Shown: piece by piece, positions 30,467-41,080 of the stretch
Position numbering within the stretch: position 1 is the stretch's first letter
Layout: each line of letters starts with the position of its first letter
From: Alphaproteobacteria bacterium UBA830
Lineage (GTDB): Bacteria > Pseudomonadota > Alphaproteobacteria > MPNO01 > UBA830
Reading direction: 5' to 3'
NCBI GenBank assembly: GCA_002295635.1
Contig: DBHK01000017.1
Location: forward strand, 25,396-89,395
Length of the DNA: 64,000 nt
Position numbers and translations under genes: made by a program
The notes under the pieces: model-generated
Seen by the model: the letters and a program-made list of their open reading frames with translations, nothing else
Databases searched by the model: none
Told to the model about the DNA's origin: nothing

Positions 30467-30496
30467 TACTAAGCTTCAATCGGGTCTGACAAAGCG

Positions 30497-31849
30497 ATGT
30501 TCGAGAAAATCCTTATTGCTAATCGTGGGGAGATTGCACTGCGAATTCATCGTGCCTGCAAGGAAATGGGTATATCGACCGTCGCCGTGCATTCAACGGC
30601 CGACGCAGATGCAATGCATGTTCGGCTTGCGGATGAGAGTGTCTGCCTCGGGCCAGCCCCAGCTAAAGATAGTTATCTGAATATTCCTGCAATCGTTTCC
30701 GCTGCTACCATTACAGGTGCCGATGCTGTTCACCCCGGCTATGGATTCTTATCTGAGGAGGCAAGTTTTGCCTCTATACTAAAGGAACATGGCTTCACTT
30801 TTATAGGGCCCTCTGCCGAACACATTACCCTGATGGGCGATAAGGTGGCGGCAAAGGTCGCAGTGGAGGAAAATGGCGTGCCAATTGTCCCCGGATCCAG
30901 AGGCGCCCTTAAAACCGCGGCGGACGCCTGCAAAGCAGCGGATGAGATCGGCTATCCGGTTTTGATAAAGGCTGCTGGTGGTGGGGGGGGCCGCGGAATG
31001 CAAATTGTCCGGCGTTCCGAGGATGTAGAAGATGCATACCGGATGGCACGGACCGAAGCCAAGGCCAGCTTCCGAAATGACACTGTCTATATGGAGAAAT
31101 TTCTGGAAAAACCGCGTCATATCGAAGTTCAGGTTTTCTCCGATGGTCAAGGAGGTGCCGTGCATTTAGGAGAAAGGGACTGCTCCCTTCAACGGCGTCA
31201 TCAGAAAGTTTTGGAGGAGGCGCGCTCTCCCGCTTTAGATGACCCGGCACGAGAAAAAATTGGTAAGATTGCTGCAGACGCGGTGCGCCGAATTGGATAC
31301 CGCAACGCAGGCACCATTGAGTTCCTTTACGAGGACGGTGAGTTCTATTTTATAGAGATGAATACGCGGTTGCAGGTCGAACATCCTGTCACCGAAATGA
31401 TAACCGGCATTGACATGGTGAGGGAACAAATTCGCGTAGCAGCCGGTTTACCCCTTTCGTTTGAACAGTCAGAGATTAACTTTGAAGGGCACGCTATCGA
31501 ATGCCGTATCACGGCAGAGAACCCGGATACCTTCGTTCCGTCACCTGGCCGCATTACCGACTATCATCCTCCAGGCGGCATGTCGGTGCGGGTGGACTCT
31601 GGCCTGTACGCCGGATACGAGATTCCACCTCAATATGATAGTCTAGTTGCCAAGTTAGTAGTCCACGGCGGCAACCGGAATGAATGTCTAATGCGTCTTA
31701 GACGTTCGCTCGAAGAATTTGTGATAGGCGGTATAGAGACTACAATTCCACTGCATGCAAAAATTATCGAAAATTCGGACTTTGTCGATGGCAATTATGA
31801 TATCCATTGGCTAGAGCGCTTTGTTGCAGGGGGGATAGCGGATAGCTAG
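30497..31849 (+). CDS. accC: acetyl-CoA carboxylase biotin carboxylase
   Basis: [46 protein letters not shown]. Confidence 0.98.
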   Translation: MFEKILIANRGEIALRIHRACKEMGISTVAVHSTADADAMHVRLADESVCLGPAPAKDSYLNIPAIVSAATITGADAVHPGYGFLSEEASFASILKEHGFTFIGPSAEHITLMGDKVAAKVAVEENGVPIVPGSRGALKTAADACKAADEIGYPVLIKAAGGGGGRGMQIVRRSEDVEDAYRMARTEAKASFRNDTVYMEKFLEKPRHIEVQVFSDGQGGAVHLGERDCSLQRRHQKVLEEARSPALDDPAREKIGKIAADAVRRIGYRNAGTIEFLYEDGEFYFIEMNTRLQVEHPVTEMITGIDMVREQIRVAAGLPLSFEQSEINFEGHAIECRITAENPDTFVPSPGRITDYHPPGGMSVRVDSGLYAGYEIPPQYDSLVAKLVVHGGNRNECLMRLRRSLEEFVIGGIETTIPLHAKIIENSDFVDGNYDIHWLERFVAGGIADS

Positions 31850-31872
31850 AAAAACACCCGCGCCAGCCGCTT

Positions 31873-32523
31873 ATGACTAAACTAACACCTGAAATCATAC
31901 TTCGAGCCTACGCCGTGGGGCTTTTTCCAATGGCGGAAAACCGTCAAGACACCACCTTGTATTGGATTGATCCCGAAAAGCGCGGTGTATTGCCATTGAA
32001 CGACTTCCATATACCTCGGCGCCTACGCCGTACGGTTCGAGCCGGCACATTTGAGGTATACTGCAACACTGCCTTCACTGACGTAATCCGCGGCTGTGCC
32101 GCCCCTGGGGCGGGTCGCGACGAAAGCTGGATTAATGAGGAGATAATCTCCCTCTACACGATGCTTAATAAGATGGGTCGAGCCTATTCGGTCGAGGCCT
32201 GGCATAATGGTAAACTAGTCGGGGGATTGTACGGCGTTGCCCTCGGAGCAGTATTCTTCGGCGAGAGTATGTTCAGCACTGTTCGGGACGCCAGTAAAGT
32301 CGCCTTGGTCCATCTGGTTGCTAGGCTAAAAAAAGGGAAATTCACGCTTCTCGATACCCAGTTCGTGAATAGACATTTAGCCCAGTTCGGCGTCGTCGAA
32401 ATGCCGCGGTCTGGTTTTCGCCAGAAACTTTCGTCGGCACTAGACCGCTCGGCTATATTCCCTACCGAATTGCGTCAGTCAGAACTAGAAGATTTTCTGC
32501 AGTCTACCACCCACACATCGTAG
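31873..32523 (+). CDS. aat: leucyl/phenylalanyl-tRNA--protein transferase
   Basis: AYAVGLFPM, SWIN, LVGGLYGV..G.VFFGESMFS, DASKVAL, LLDTQF..HL. Confidence 0.96.
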   Translation: MTKLTPEIILRAYAVGLFPMAENRQDTTLYWIDPEKRGVLPLNDFHIPRRLRRTVRAGTFEVYCNTAFTDVIRGCAAPGAGRDESWINEEIISLYTMLNKMGRAYSVEAWHNGKLVGGLYGVALGAVFFGESMFSTVRDASKVALVHLVARLKKGKFTLLDTQFVNRHLAQFGVVEMPRSGFRQKLSSALDRSAIFPTELRQSELEDFLQSTTHTS

Positions 32524-32861
32524 ACCGGATGCTCCATAGATGATGCGGCAGGGCTGGAGGCAAACATCCAGCCAGCAAACAAATTAATAGCACTTTCACC
32601 AAGGCGGCGTTCGCGTATCTCAAGGTAAGCTGTCGTTTCTGGGGTTTCCGTCGGGGGCCGTTTGTGACATTTGCGCACGGTTATTTCGAGGGTTCCGAAC
32701 CGTACATCCTCACCAATCGGCGCCTCTATAGTTGAAATCCTTGCTGTGATCTTATCCAAACCCTGAAGGACCGTAACGACTGATTTTTGCGGTTGCGCAA
32801 TCGCAGGCTGCAAATAGAGGGCGGCCGAAAGGATCAGGATATGGACTCCCAAACGTATCAT
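32475..32861 (-). CDS. DUF2155 family exported protein
   Basis: Signal peptide, LQGLDKITAR, FGTLEI, F.GWMFASSP...MEHPVYDVWV.DC. Convergent 49-bp overlap with aat. Confidence 0.85.
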   Translation of the reverse strand: MIRLGVHILILSAALYLQPAIAQPQKSVVTVLQGLDKITARISTIEAPIGEDVRFGTLEITVRKCHKRPPTETPETTAYLEIRERRLGESAINLFAGWMFASSPAASSMEHPVYDVWVVDCRKSSSSD

Positions 32862-32904
32862 GTGTATTACGCCACTCGGATTTGAGGCCAACAAACCGGT
32901 ACGT

Positions 32905-33369
32905 TTAGTTAGCCTTCTCGCCATCCTTATTGGTCTGGCTAAAAATCATCTGTCCAACAAGTCCCATAAGATCGATTGACCCTTGGGTAGTGGTGATCTC
33001 CTCACCCGCCTGAAGCATTTCGTCTGACCCACCCGGTGAAAGCGCCAGAAATTTATCACCCAGTAACCCATCGGAAGAAACCGAGATTGAGGTGTCTTCC
33101 GGGATCTTGATATCAGAACTAATATTCATGGACACCTTTGCAAAGTAGGTTTTGGGATCCAGAAAAGATGCTGTAACTGTCCCAATCTTGATACCACTCA
33201 TCCTGACGTCCGATCCAGAGAGAATACCGTCAATCCGATCGAAGCTCGCTGTTATCTCGTACCCTTGAACTTTGCCAACCTCAGCCTTGTTATACGCAAA
33301 AAAGATGAACAATGCCGCCACCAAGAGCACCACCGCACCCATCACAGTCTCAATTAGGTTTTTCCGCAT
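32905..33369 (-). CDS. mlaD: MCE-domain protein MlaD
   Basis: N-terminal TM (IETVMGAVVL), F..IDGI..GSDVRMSGIKIGTV, SDGLLGDKFLALSPGG. Confidence 0.93.
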   Translation of the reverse strand: MRKNLIETVMGAVVLLVAALFIFFAYNKAEVGKVQGYEITASFDRIDGILSGSDVRMSGIKIGTVTASFLDPKTYFAKVSMNISSDIKIPEDTSISVSSDGLLGDKFLALSPGGSDEMLQAGEEITTTQGSIDLMGLVGQMIFSQTNKDGEKAN

Positions 33370-33407
33370 TCCCGCTAGGTCTCCTTCCTATCGGCTAACC
33401 ATATACT

Positions 33408-33764
33408 CTAAGAAGGCTGCCAAGGTTCATAATCACCCGTCGCCTCATCCCTCTGACCACCATTCAGGATGTGACCGGGGGGACGGTAGGCATTCTCTGT
33501 CCCTGTCATGTTTGGCTGATGCTCTTTTTGCCATTCCCAGCGGCGCCCCACATCATCTTCCGGAATATCATCCGTAGTGTGGTGCAGCCATGAATGCCAC
33601 GCTGGCGGCACGCGAGACGCCTCAGGATTTCCTTTATAAATCACCCACCGTTTCTCGCGAACCGAACGCGTTCCGCGCTTAGTCCGATAATACGCATTGC
33701 CTTGGGTATCTGTGCCCACCTGCTGACCGTTAAATATCGTAAATAATCTGGTTCCAATGGTCAT
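33408..33764 (-). CDS. NADH:ubiquinone oxidoreductase NDUFA12/17.2 kDa family subunit
   Basis: VGTD..GNAYY, RWVIY, EASRVPPAWHSWLHH, H.PNMTGT, YEPW.P. Confidence 0.93.
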   Translation of the reverse strand: MTIGTRLFTIFNGQQVGTDTQGNAYYRTKRGTRSVREKRWVIYKGNPEASRVPPAWHSWLHHTTDDIPEDDVGRRWEWQKEHQPNMTGTENAYRPPGHILNGGQRDEATGDYEPWQPS

Positions 33765-33982
33765 ACGTACCTCTAACAAAGGTTGATTCCGAGTAATTCT
33801 TCGGTCAACGGCCGACTAAACTGTATCTTATAATCGTCGATTTCGTCCAGTCTTACACTTCTTTATCACTTGTATCTTTGTCACATGCTAAAAGTCATCT
33901 ACCTGATATCATTTCGTGATTTTGGACACTAGATCGTCTTGCTACATATCGCTACGTTCGACCTATATAATGGAGAATCGTA

Positions 33983-34447
33983 ATGAGCACACGAATCGTT
34001 CAACGCCTTGCGGAGTTAGGGTTCACCCTACCATCCGCACCTGTCCCATCCGCAAATTATGTTCCCTTTCGGCGGTCTGGAAGTCACATCTTTATTGCGG
34101 GGCAAATTTCAATTACCGACGACAAAAGCGTAAGAGGTAAGGTCGGTCACGATTTATCTATCGAGGAAGGCTACGCCGCAGCGCGTCTTTGCGGGCTGAA
34201 TATCCTTGCTCAATTGAAGGCTTGCGTCGGAGCAGATATTGATCGCGCCAAGGCGATTAAGTTGGGAGGTTTTGTGAATGCTCTGCCCGATTTCATTCAG
34301 CCACCCGCCGTAATCAATGGTGTGTCGGACCTTCTAATCGATGTGATGGGCGAAGATGCTGGAAAGCATGCGCGTTTCGCCGTCGTCGTTGCCTCTCTCC
34401 CAGGTGGTGCGGCTGTCGAGGTAGACGCAATTTTTGAGATCGAGTAG
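33983..34447 (+). CDS. RidA/YjgF family protein
   Basis: ANYVP, AGQI, AARLCGLNILAQ, KLGGFVN, GKHARFAV..ASLP.GAAVEV. Confidence 0.92.
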   Translation: MSTRIVQRLAELGFTLPSAPVPSANYVPFRRSGSHIFIAGQISITDDKSVRGKVGHDLSIEEGYAAARLCGLNILAQLKACVGADIDRAKAIKLGGFVNALPDFIQPPAVINGVSDLLIDVMGEDAGKHARFAVVVASLPGGAAVEVDAIFEIE

Positions 34448-35614
34448 ATGGTGGATGCGTGCGAGACCGTTACCGTAAAGATTCTTTCTTCTCTGAGTGA
34501 GGTGTCGGCCGAAGATTGGGATGGCTGTGCCGGTCCTGATAACCCGTTTATCTCTCATATGTTTCTAAAGACCCTAGAGGACTCGAGCGCGGCGTGCAAC
34601 GAAACCGGATGGCTCCCGCAACACGTTGTGATTGAGGACCCAGCCGGAGGGTTGATAGGTGCTGCCCCCTGTTACCTTAAATATCACTCCCATGGGGAAT
34701 ATGTTTTCGACTGGGGTTGGGCGGATGCATATACTCGCGCAGGTGGGAAATATTATCCCAAACTGCAGGTCTCAGTCCCTTTCTCCCCGGTTACCGGGCC
34801 CCGCCTTCTAGTTCGGGATGGAGAGGATAAAATCCATACCCGGAAGATGCTTGCAACTGGCCTCGTAGAATTGGCTAAGCAGCACAATTCCTCGTCGCTA
34901 CACATCACATTCACTCAAGAAGAAGAATGCCAAGATTTAAAGGAAATGAGTTTCCTAATCCGCCAAGGGCAACAATTCCATTGGCACAATCAAGGTTTCA
35001 AGAACTTTGAAGACTTTTTAGAATCACTCAATTCACGCAAACGAAAAATGATCCGCAAGGAACGTGATGCCGCTAATGCCGCCGTCAATATCGAAGTTCT
35101 AACTGGCGATGACCTAACCGAGCACCACATGCAGTCGTTTTATCATTTTTACCGCAACACTGTAGATCGCAAGTGGGCCCATGCCTATCTGACCTACGAG
35201 TTCTTCCAACTGCTACGCGAGCGCATGTCTAAGAATGTGGTTTTGATGATGGCTAGCTGTAACGGGGATTATGTAGCTGGAGCGCTTAACATGAGAGGGC
35301 CGGATACTCTATGGGGTCGCAATTGGGGCTGTTCTGAACACTTCAAGATGCTCTATTTCGAGACCTGTTTCTACCGCGGCATAGAATTCGCGATTGAAAA
35401 TGGGCTCTCTAAAGTCGAGGCTGGCGCTCAAGGACCGCATAAGATCAGTCGCGGCTACCTGCCTTCCGCTACCTATAGCTTGCATTGGATACGTGACGAT
35501 GCTTTCCGACGTGCGGTCGCCGACTTCGTCGATCGAGAACGTTGCGGAGTTGAACACGAGATGGATTTGCTATCAGCACTTTCCCCATTCAAGATCTCAA
35601 ATGCACCACCGTGA
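34448..35614 (+). CDS. FemAB-like GNAT protein (DUF482)
   Basis: TGWLPQH, YLK.HSHGEYVFDWGWADAY..AG..YYPKL..SVPFSPVTGPR, LWGRNWG, EAGAQGPHK..RGY.P. Confidence 0.93.
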   Translation: MVDACETVTVKILSSLSEVSAEDWDGCAGPDNPFISHMFLKTLEDSSAACNETGWLPQHVVIEDPAGGLIGAAPCYLKYHSHGEYVFDWGWADAYTRAGGKYYPKLQVSVPFSPVTGPRLLVRDGEDKIHTRKMLATGLVELAKQHNSSSLHITFTQEEECQDLKEMSFLIRQGQQFHWHNQGFKNFEDFLESLNSRKRKMIRKERDAANAAVNIEVLTGDDLTEHHMQSFYHFYRNTVDRKWAHAYLTYEFFQLLRERMSKNVVLMMASCNGDYVAGALNMRGPDTLWGRNWGCSEHFKMLYFETCFYRGIEFAIENGLSKVEAGAQGPHKISRGYLPSATYSLHWIRDDAFRRAVADFVDRERCGVEHEMDLLSALSPFKISNAPP

Positions 35615-36353
35615 CCAATTACGAAGACATTTCCTATCTAACCGTCGACGGCAACTTGCTGCGCGGTTGGCTAAATCGGCCGATCGCCTGAAGATTGCTT
35701 TCATACACGATGATCTCGAGGCCAACAGAATAGGTGTCTTTGCGGTGAGATTTTGAATTTCTGGCATCGCAAAATACCCACTACCAGTATAGGACGTTTC
35801 TTGGGGCTTGAGGCGGTTCAAGGAAATCTCGGTTACCTCGACATAACAGGCTAAATCATCGAAGAATTTGCATCTGCCCGCGGTGCCAAGCGGTAAGGCT
35901 TAGTCGTGGCTTGTCCGAGAGGCCGAGACTGGGCGTTAAAGTCACCTGTAATTAAAAACGCTGATAACAGTCAGTTTTTATAATCGATGCGCGGCAAATA
36001 TTTGATCATTTGCGGCGTTATTACTTGGTTCGAATAACCAAAACGAGTGTGTGATCGTGGTCGGCTACCCCTTTTCGAGATGGGATAAAGATAGAGATGG
36101 GCAACCTTCACAGCCTCTTGGCGTCGGATTTGGAAAGTCATCTGCTGCCGATACTTATTTTTCAGGCTACCAACCACCAAAATGTCGAACTAACCTAGCG
36201 AGACGAATTGTTGACCTCTACCGATCAAAAGACTGAAAGGTGGAAGTTCCAAATTTCGCTGATGAGCTGAACAGACTTATTCCTGCTAATTCGGGTTCAA
36301 AAGTCGCCAACGTGGTTTTAGTGTCTATCAGGGAGTTACTCTTTGGCGTCTGA
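35611..36353 (+). pseudogene. degraded alpha/beta hydrolase (HSL/esterase-lipase-like) pseudogene
   Basis: GTG overlaps the GNAT stop. Fragments in shifting frames: YEDISYLTVDG / QLAARL / DRLKIAFIHDDLEANRIGVFAVRF*ISGIAKYPLPV*DVSWGLRRFKE / GNLHSLLASDLESHLLPILIFQATNHQNVE / VDLYRSKD*KVEVPNFADE..IPANSGS...IRELLFGV*. They are collinear with esterase motifs. Confidence 0.65.
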
Positions 36354-36472
36354 ATGAACCCGGTTGGAATTGGTGTAGCAAACCAACCTTTTAGCGGTCA
36401 CCTTATTAGATCCTTAGGCTCACATTTAATAAAAGTGTAATTAGTTCTGAATTAGTGACAAGAATTGGCGAG

Positions 36473-38827
36473 CTACTGCACTAGTTCCGTCTCAAGGCCG
36501 TCTCCATCATCAGCCCCATCGTCCGGATCACTATCGGGGTCCTTACCTTTCTGCCCCTTCGGAGGAGCAGACTGAATAACAAAGGTAAGCCTGTCTTCCT
36601 CTTTCTTGACATCAACCTGAACCACCCCGCCTTTGGCCAACTTGCCGAACAAAATTTCGTCGGCCAACGGTTTCTTTATGTGCTCTTGAATAACTCTGGA
36701 AAGCGGGCGCGCACCATAGGCTTCGTCATAACCCTTACGGCCCAGCCAGTATCGCGCAGCAGCGTTGAGCTCAAACGTGACGTTGCGGTCTTCGAGTTGG
36801 GCTTCAAGTTGCATGATGAATTTATCAACCACCAACATAACCACATCCCTCGGAAGGCTCGAAAACGGGATTATCGCATCGAGACGATTTCGGAATTCCG
36901 GGGTAAACATGCGTTTAATAGCTTCTTCATCCTCTCCTATGCGGGCCGAACGTTCGAAACCAATAGCGGGCCTAGCCATATCGGCCGCACCGGCATTGGT
37001 AGTCATGATCAGGATAACGTTCCTAAAATCTACGCTTTTTCCGTTATGATCAGTTAACCTTCCGTGGTCCATGATTTGAAGCAGAATGTTGAATACATCC
37101 GGATGTGCTTTTTCTATCTCATCAAGTAACAAGACCGAATGCGGATTTTGGTCGACGGCATCGGTAAGCAGTCCACCTTGATCGAATCCAACATAGCCGG
37201 GTGGTGCACCGATCAGGCGCGATACCGAATGACGCTCCATATATTCGGACATGTCGAAACGTGTTAGCTCAATTCCCATTGTATGGGAAAGCTGTCGAGC
37301 TACCTCGGTCTTACCTACACCGGTCGGACCGGAAAATAGGTAGGATCCGATCGGCTTGTTAGGCTCCCTAAGCCCCGCGCGCGCAAGTTTAATTGCAGAA
37401 GCTAGAGCGTCGATCGCAGTGTCCTGGCCAAAAACTACACGCTTAAGATCAGCGTCGAGAGACTTCATCGATTCCTTGTCAGACCGTGATACACTTTTTG
37501 GAGGTATGCGCGCGATACTTGCGACCACTGCCTCTACATCCTTTACAGTGATCAGTTTCTTGCGTCGGCTTTCCGGCACCAGCATTTGTGCAGCACCAAC
37601 TTCATCAATCACGTCGATCGCTTTATCTGGAAGCTTACGATCGTTGATATATTTGGCTGCAAGTTCCACAGATGTTCTCAAAGCAGCAGCGGTGTACCGC
37701 ACACGGTGGTGTTTCTCGTAATATGGTTTTAGACCACGGAGTATCTTTACAGCATCCTCGATGCTCGGTTCCGGAACATCGATTTTTTGGAATCGGCGCA
37801 CCAAGGCCCGGTCCTTCTCAAAATACGAGCGAAATTCCTTATAGGTGGTAGAGCCAATGCATTTTAAGGTGCCGCCCTGTAGGGCCGGTTTCAGTAGGTT
37901 GGACGCGTCCATCGACCCGCCGCTAGTAGCCCCAGCGCCAATGACAGTATGAATTTCGTCAATAAATAATACTGCGTTCTCTTGCTGCTCCAATTCGGTG
38001 ACTACTCCTTTCAAGCGTTCCTCGAAATCACCCCGATATCTAGTACCTGCCAGTAGCGCGCCCATATCCAGCGAGAAAATAGTGGATTCTCTCAGCACAT
38101 CCGGTACATCGCCATCATAAATTCGCTTCGCCAGCCCTTCGGCAATTGCCGTTTTACCTACCCCAGAGTCACCGACATACAGCGGATTATTCTTGGTACG
38201 ACGGCATAGCACCTGAATTGTTCGGTCAATTTCGGACTCTCGACCTATCAGGGGGTCGATTTTACCATCGGCTGCCTTCTGATTGAGATTGACACAATAG
38301 TTGTCAAGCGCCTCTCCAGCGCCTTTGTTTGCCGCTTCGGCCTCAGCGCTATCGTCGTCCGACCCATGTACAGATCTAGCCTCTGATCTGCCGGGTACCT
38401 TAGCTATTCCGTGGCTTATATAATTCACAGCATCGAATCGAGACATATCTTGTTCTTGCAGATAAAAGACTGCATGACTCTCACGTTCAGAGAACATAGC
38501 AACTAACACATTAGCTCCGGTGACTTCTTGGCGACCGGAGGATTGAACGTGAATAGCGGCGCGTTGTACAACTCTCTGAAAGCTAGCAGTCGGCTTGGGA
38601 TCGTCATGATCTTCTGAAGCAAGATTAGATAACTCTTCGTCAAGATAAGTCTTAAGGTCTTGAGTGAGCTTATCGATATCAACGCCACAGGCCTTTAAAA
38701 CGGCAATGGCATCCTGGTCCTCCGTCAGCGCCATCAGAAGATGCTCGAGCGTTGCGTATTCATGGTTGCGTTCGTTAGCCTGCGCCAATGCGCGATGAAG
38801 ACTTTTTTCTAGATTACGAGAGAGCAT
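36473..38827 (-). CDS. clpA: ATP-dependent Clp protease ATP-binding subunit ClpA
   Basis: [10 protein letters not shown], two Walker A motifs ([16 protein letters not shown]), IGF loop, [11 protein letters not shown]. Confidence 0.98.
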   Translation of the reverse strand: MLSRNLEKSLHRALAQANERNHEYATLEHLLMALTEDQDAIAVLKACGVDIDKLTQDLKTYLDEELSNLASEDHDDPKPTASFQRVVQRAAIHVQSSGRQEVTGANVLVAMFSERESHAVFYLQEQDMSRFDAVNYISHGIAKVPGRSEARSVHGSDDDSAEAEAANKGAGEALDNYCVNLNQKAADGKIDPLIGRESEIDRTIQVLCRRTKNNPLYVGDSGVGKTAIAEGLAKRIYDGDVPDVLRESTIFSLDMGALLAGTRYRGDFEERLKGVVTELEQQENAVLFIDEIHTVIGAGATSGGSMDASNLLKPALQGGTLKCIGSTTYKEFRSYFEKDRALVRRFQKIDVPEPSIEDAVKILRGLKPYYEKHHRVRYTAAALRTSVELAAKYINDRKLPDKAIDVIDEVGAAQMLVPESRRKKLITVKDVEAVVASIARIPPKSVSRSDKESMKSLDADLKRVVFGQDTAIDALASAIKLARAGLREPNKPIGSYLFSGPTGVGKTEVARQLSHTMGIELTRFDMSEYMERHSVSRLIGAPPGYVGFDQGGLLTDAVDQNPHSVLLLDEIEKAHPDVFNILLQIMDHGRLTDHNGKSVDFRNVILIMTTNAGAADMARPAIGFERSARIGEDEEAIKRMFTPEFRNRLDAIIPFSSLPRDVVMLVVDKFIMQLEAQLEDRNVTFELNAAARYWLGRKGYDEAYGARPLSRVIQEHIKKPLADEILFGKLAKGGVVQVDVKKEEDRLTFVIQSAPPKGQKGKDPDSDPDDGADDGDGLETELVQ

Positions 38828-38831
38828 TATT

Positions 38832-39212
38832 TCAGGCCTTTTCCAAAGTACATTGCAGAGGATGCTGATGTTGCCGTGCGAGATCCATCACTTGCTGCAC
38901 CTTGGTTTCGGCAACCTCGTAAGTGTAGACACCGCAGATGCCGACACCTTTCTGATGGACATGCATCATAATACGTGTCGCTTCTTCACTATTTTTTCCA
39001 AAGAAACGCTCAAGAACTAAAATTACAAATTCCATCGGCGTGTAATCATCATTCAGCATGATGACCTTATACATAGCCGGCTTTTTGGTTTTAGGTTTTG
39101 CACGGACAGCAAGTCCAGTATTCGATCCACCGTCGCCGTCTCCGCCGACAGCATCATCGCCGCCAACCGAACGTGCCGGGATCACTGTGTGATTTAGAGC
39201 AAAATTAACCAT
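38832..39212 (-). CDS. clpS: Clp protease adaptor ClpS
   Basis: [37 protein letters not shown]. Confidence 0.98.
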   Translation of the reverse strand: MVNFALNHTVIPARSVGGDDAVGGDGDGGSNTGLAVRAKPKTKKPAMYKVIMLNDDYTPMEFVILVLERFFGKNSEEATRIMMHVHQKGVGICGVYTYEVAETKVQQVMDLARQHQHPLQCTLEKA

Positions 39213-39549
39213 CGCTGTTGATCATATGAGATCTGCGTTCACTGATCAAAGTAACTTCGCTGATATCAAAAGTTGAGTTAACGACTATTCCGATTAGCTC
39301 AGGTAAAGTGAGAACACGCTGCATAATGCGGCCCGAAGGCTGATTTATTTCCGTTCTGGCCATCAAAAGGGTTCTCTCTCTAAACCGTTAAAACGAAACG
39401 ATAGATCTGCGTAGTTTTTTAGCAGGTCGTAACTGTTTGAGTCGCTCACTTATGATATGGTTTAATAAAATACAGCAGTCAATCCGTTGTCATCCATCAG
39501 GTAATGAGCACTCTGGGCAACGGAAATTTCTGTATCAGACGTTCGGTTA

Positions 39550-40833
39550 GTGTTAACGAGAAATCAAACGGACACGGACAAGGTGCGGGAATTTAACTTG
39601 TTTCGTCTGCTATTAGTTCTGATCTCGATGTCTACTATCTTTGTGGCGGGGTCGCTGGTGTTCCCCGGTGCCAGCTGCGCAAAATATGCTCATATTGTCG
39701 TTGACGCGAAAACCGGCCGTGTTCTGAACTCTCTGAATGCGCGGACAAAAAATTATCCCGCCTCATTAACGAAAATAATGACACTATTCATGACTTTCGA
39801 GGCACTTAAGAAACGTACAATATTTATCGACCAAAATCTTCCCGTTTCCCGAGTAGCACAAGGGCGCTCCCCTTCAAGACTTGGCCTGCGCCGAGGCGAG
39901 AGGATTACGGTGAACAACTCAATCAAGGCATTAGTCACAAAATCTGCAAACGACGTCGCCACCGTCCTCGCCGAAGCGATAGGCGGTACCGAGCGAAAAT
40001 TTGCGGTTATGATGACTCGCCGCGCACGCGCGCTCGGAATGAAAAACACTACATTTAAGAATGCCTCCGGGCTACCCAATCGAGCGCAACTTAGCACTGC
40101 CGAAGACATGTCTATTCTTGCACGAGCGATGCTGACTCAGCATCCAGAAATGTATCACCATTTCGCGCGACAAAAGTTTACTTACAAACGGCGGACCTAT
40201 TATTCGCACAACCGCCTACTTAGAAACTACAAGGGTATGGACGGCATTAAGACCGGCTATATTCGGGCATCAGGATTTAACCTAGTCGCCTCCGCAACAC
40301 GCGGTGGGAAAAGAGTTATTGCAGTCGTCTTTGGTGGCAAGACTTCAAAAACTCGTGATCGCCAAGTCGCGCGTCTTCTTGACCGCGGGTTCAAAAGACT
40401 TGACCGGGCAGGCGCCACCTCGGAAAAATGGAAAGTTGCCACTATTCGAACTAGTAAGCGGAAAATATCGGGTGCATCTTCCCCTAGGCTCAAGAAACTT
40501 GTAACAGGCAATCCTAATAAAATCTCTTCGGGAAAATTTGTCACGCCTTTACGAGCTCAAACAGGTCGAGTTCGGAGTTGGGCTATCCAGGTCGGCGCCT
40601 ATAATCGTTACGGCCCGGCCCATCTCGCAGTAAATCGAGCCGCGCGTGCAGTTCCCAGCCTCCTCGGGAATAAATTCCAAATCCTGCACCAGAAGAGCAA
40701 AGCTCGGCGAGGCTTAAAGATTTACAAAGCCCGGCTGCTGGTATCCTCTGAATCCAATGCTCGAAATTCTTGCAGGGCACTCAAACGCCGCAAAATTGAT
40801 TGTATGGTTGTATGGATGGGACCGAAATCCTAA
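39550..40833 (+). CDS. D-alanyl-D-alanine carboxypeptidase (S11) with C-terminal SPOR-like domain
   Basis: PASLTKIMT, KSAND, GIKTGY; C-terminal WAIQVGAY...YKARL...C..L......C. Start uncertain. Confidence 0.9.
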   Translation: MLTRNQTDTDKVREFNLFRLLLVLISMSTIFVAGSLVFPGASCAKYAHIVVDAKTGRVLNSLNARTKNYPASLTKIMTLFMTFEALKKRTIFIDQNLPVSRVAQGRSPSRLGLRRGERITVNNSIKALVTKSANDVATVLAEAIGGTERKFAVMMTRRARALGMKNTTFKNASGLPNRAQLSTAEDMSILARAMLTQHPEMYHHFARQKFTYKRRTYYSHNRLLRNYKGMDGIKTGYIRASGFNLVASATRGGKRVIAVVFGGKTSKTRDRQVARLLDRGFKRLDRAGATSEKWKVATIRTSKRKISGASSPRLKKLVTGNPNKISSGKFVTPLRAQTGRVRSWAIQVGAYNRYGPAHLAVNRAARAVPSLLGNKFQILHQKSKARRGLKIYKARLLVSSESNARNSCRALKRRKIDCMVVWMGPKS

Positions 40834-41080
40834 TAACAAATCGAGGTTTGTTTCTGGGAGAGTAATATCAATCCTGACATTTTTTAATCGGCCGGCCGGT
40901 TGCCGCTTAATATCCTGTTAGGACTTCTCTTGGTTTGAGCCGGAGCGCGATCCGGCCGATATCCTTTTTTACGAGAAGACGTGAGGCCCTAGCCATGAGT
41001 ACTGCCCCACTGAAGCAGGGGTTAATTAGGATAGATTAGAAAAAACAGACTAATTTTCCCGCGCGGCTTGTGACCAAATA

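Noticed and set aside
35597-36236. Small ORFs 35597-35821, 35971-36180 and 36051-36236 as independent genes
   Set aside because: Better explained as off-frame or antisense readings of the decayed hydrolase pseudogene.
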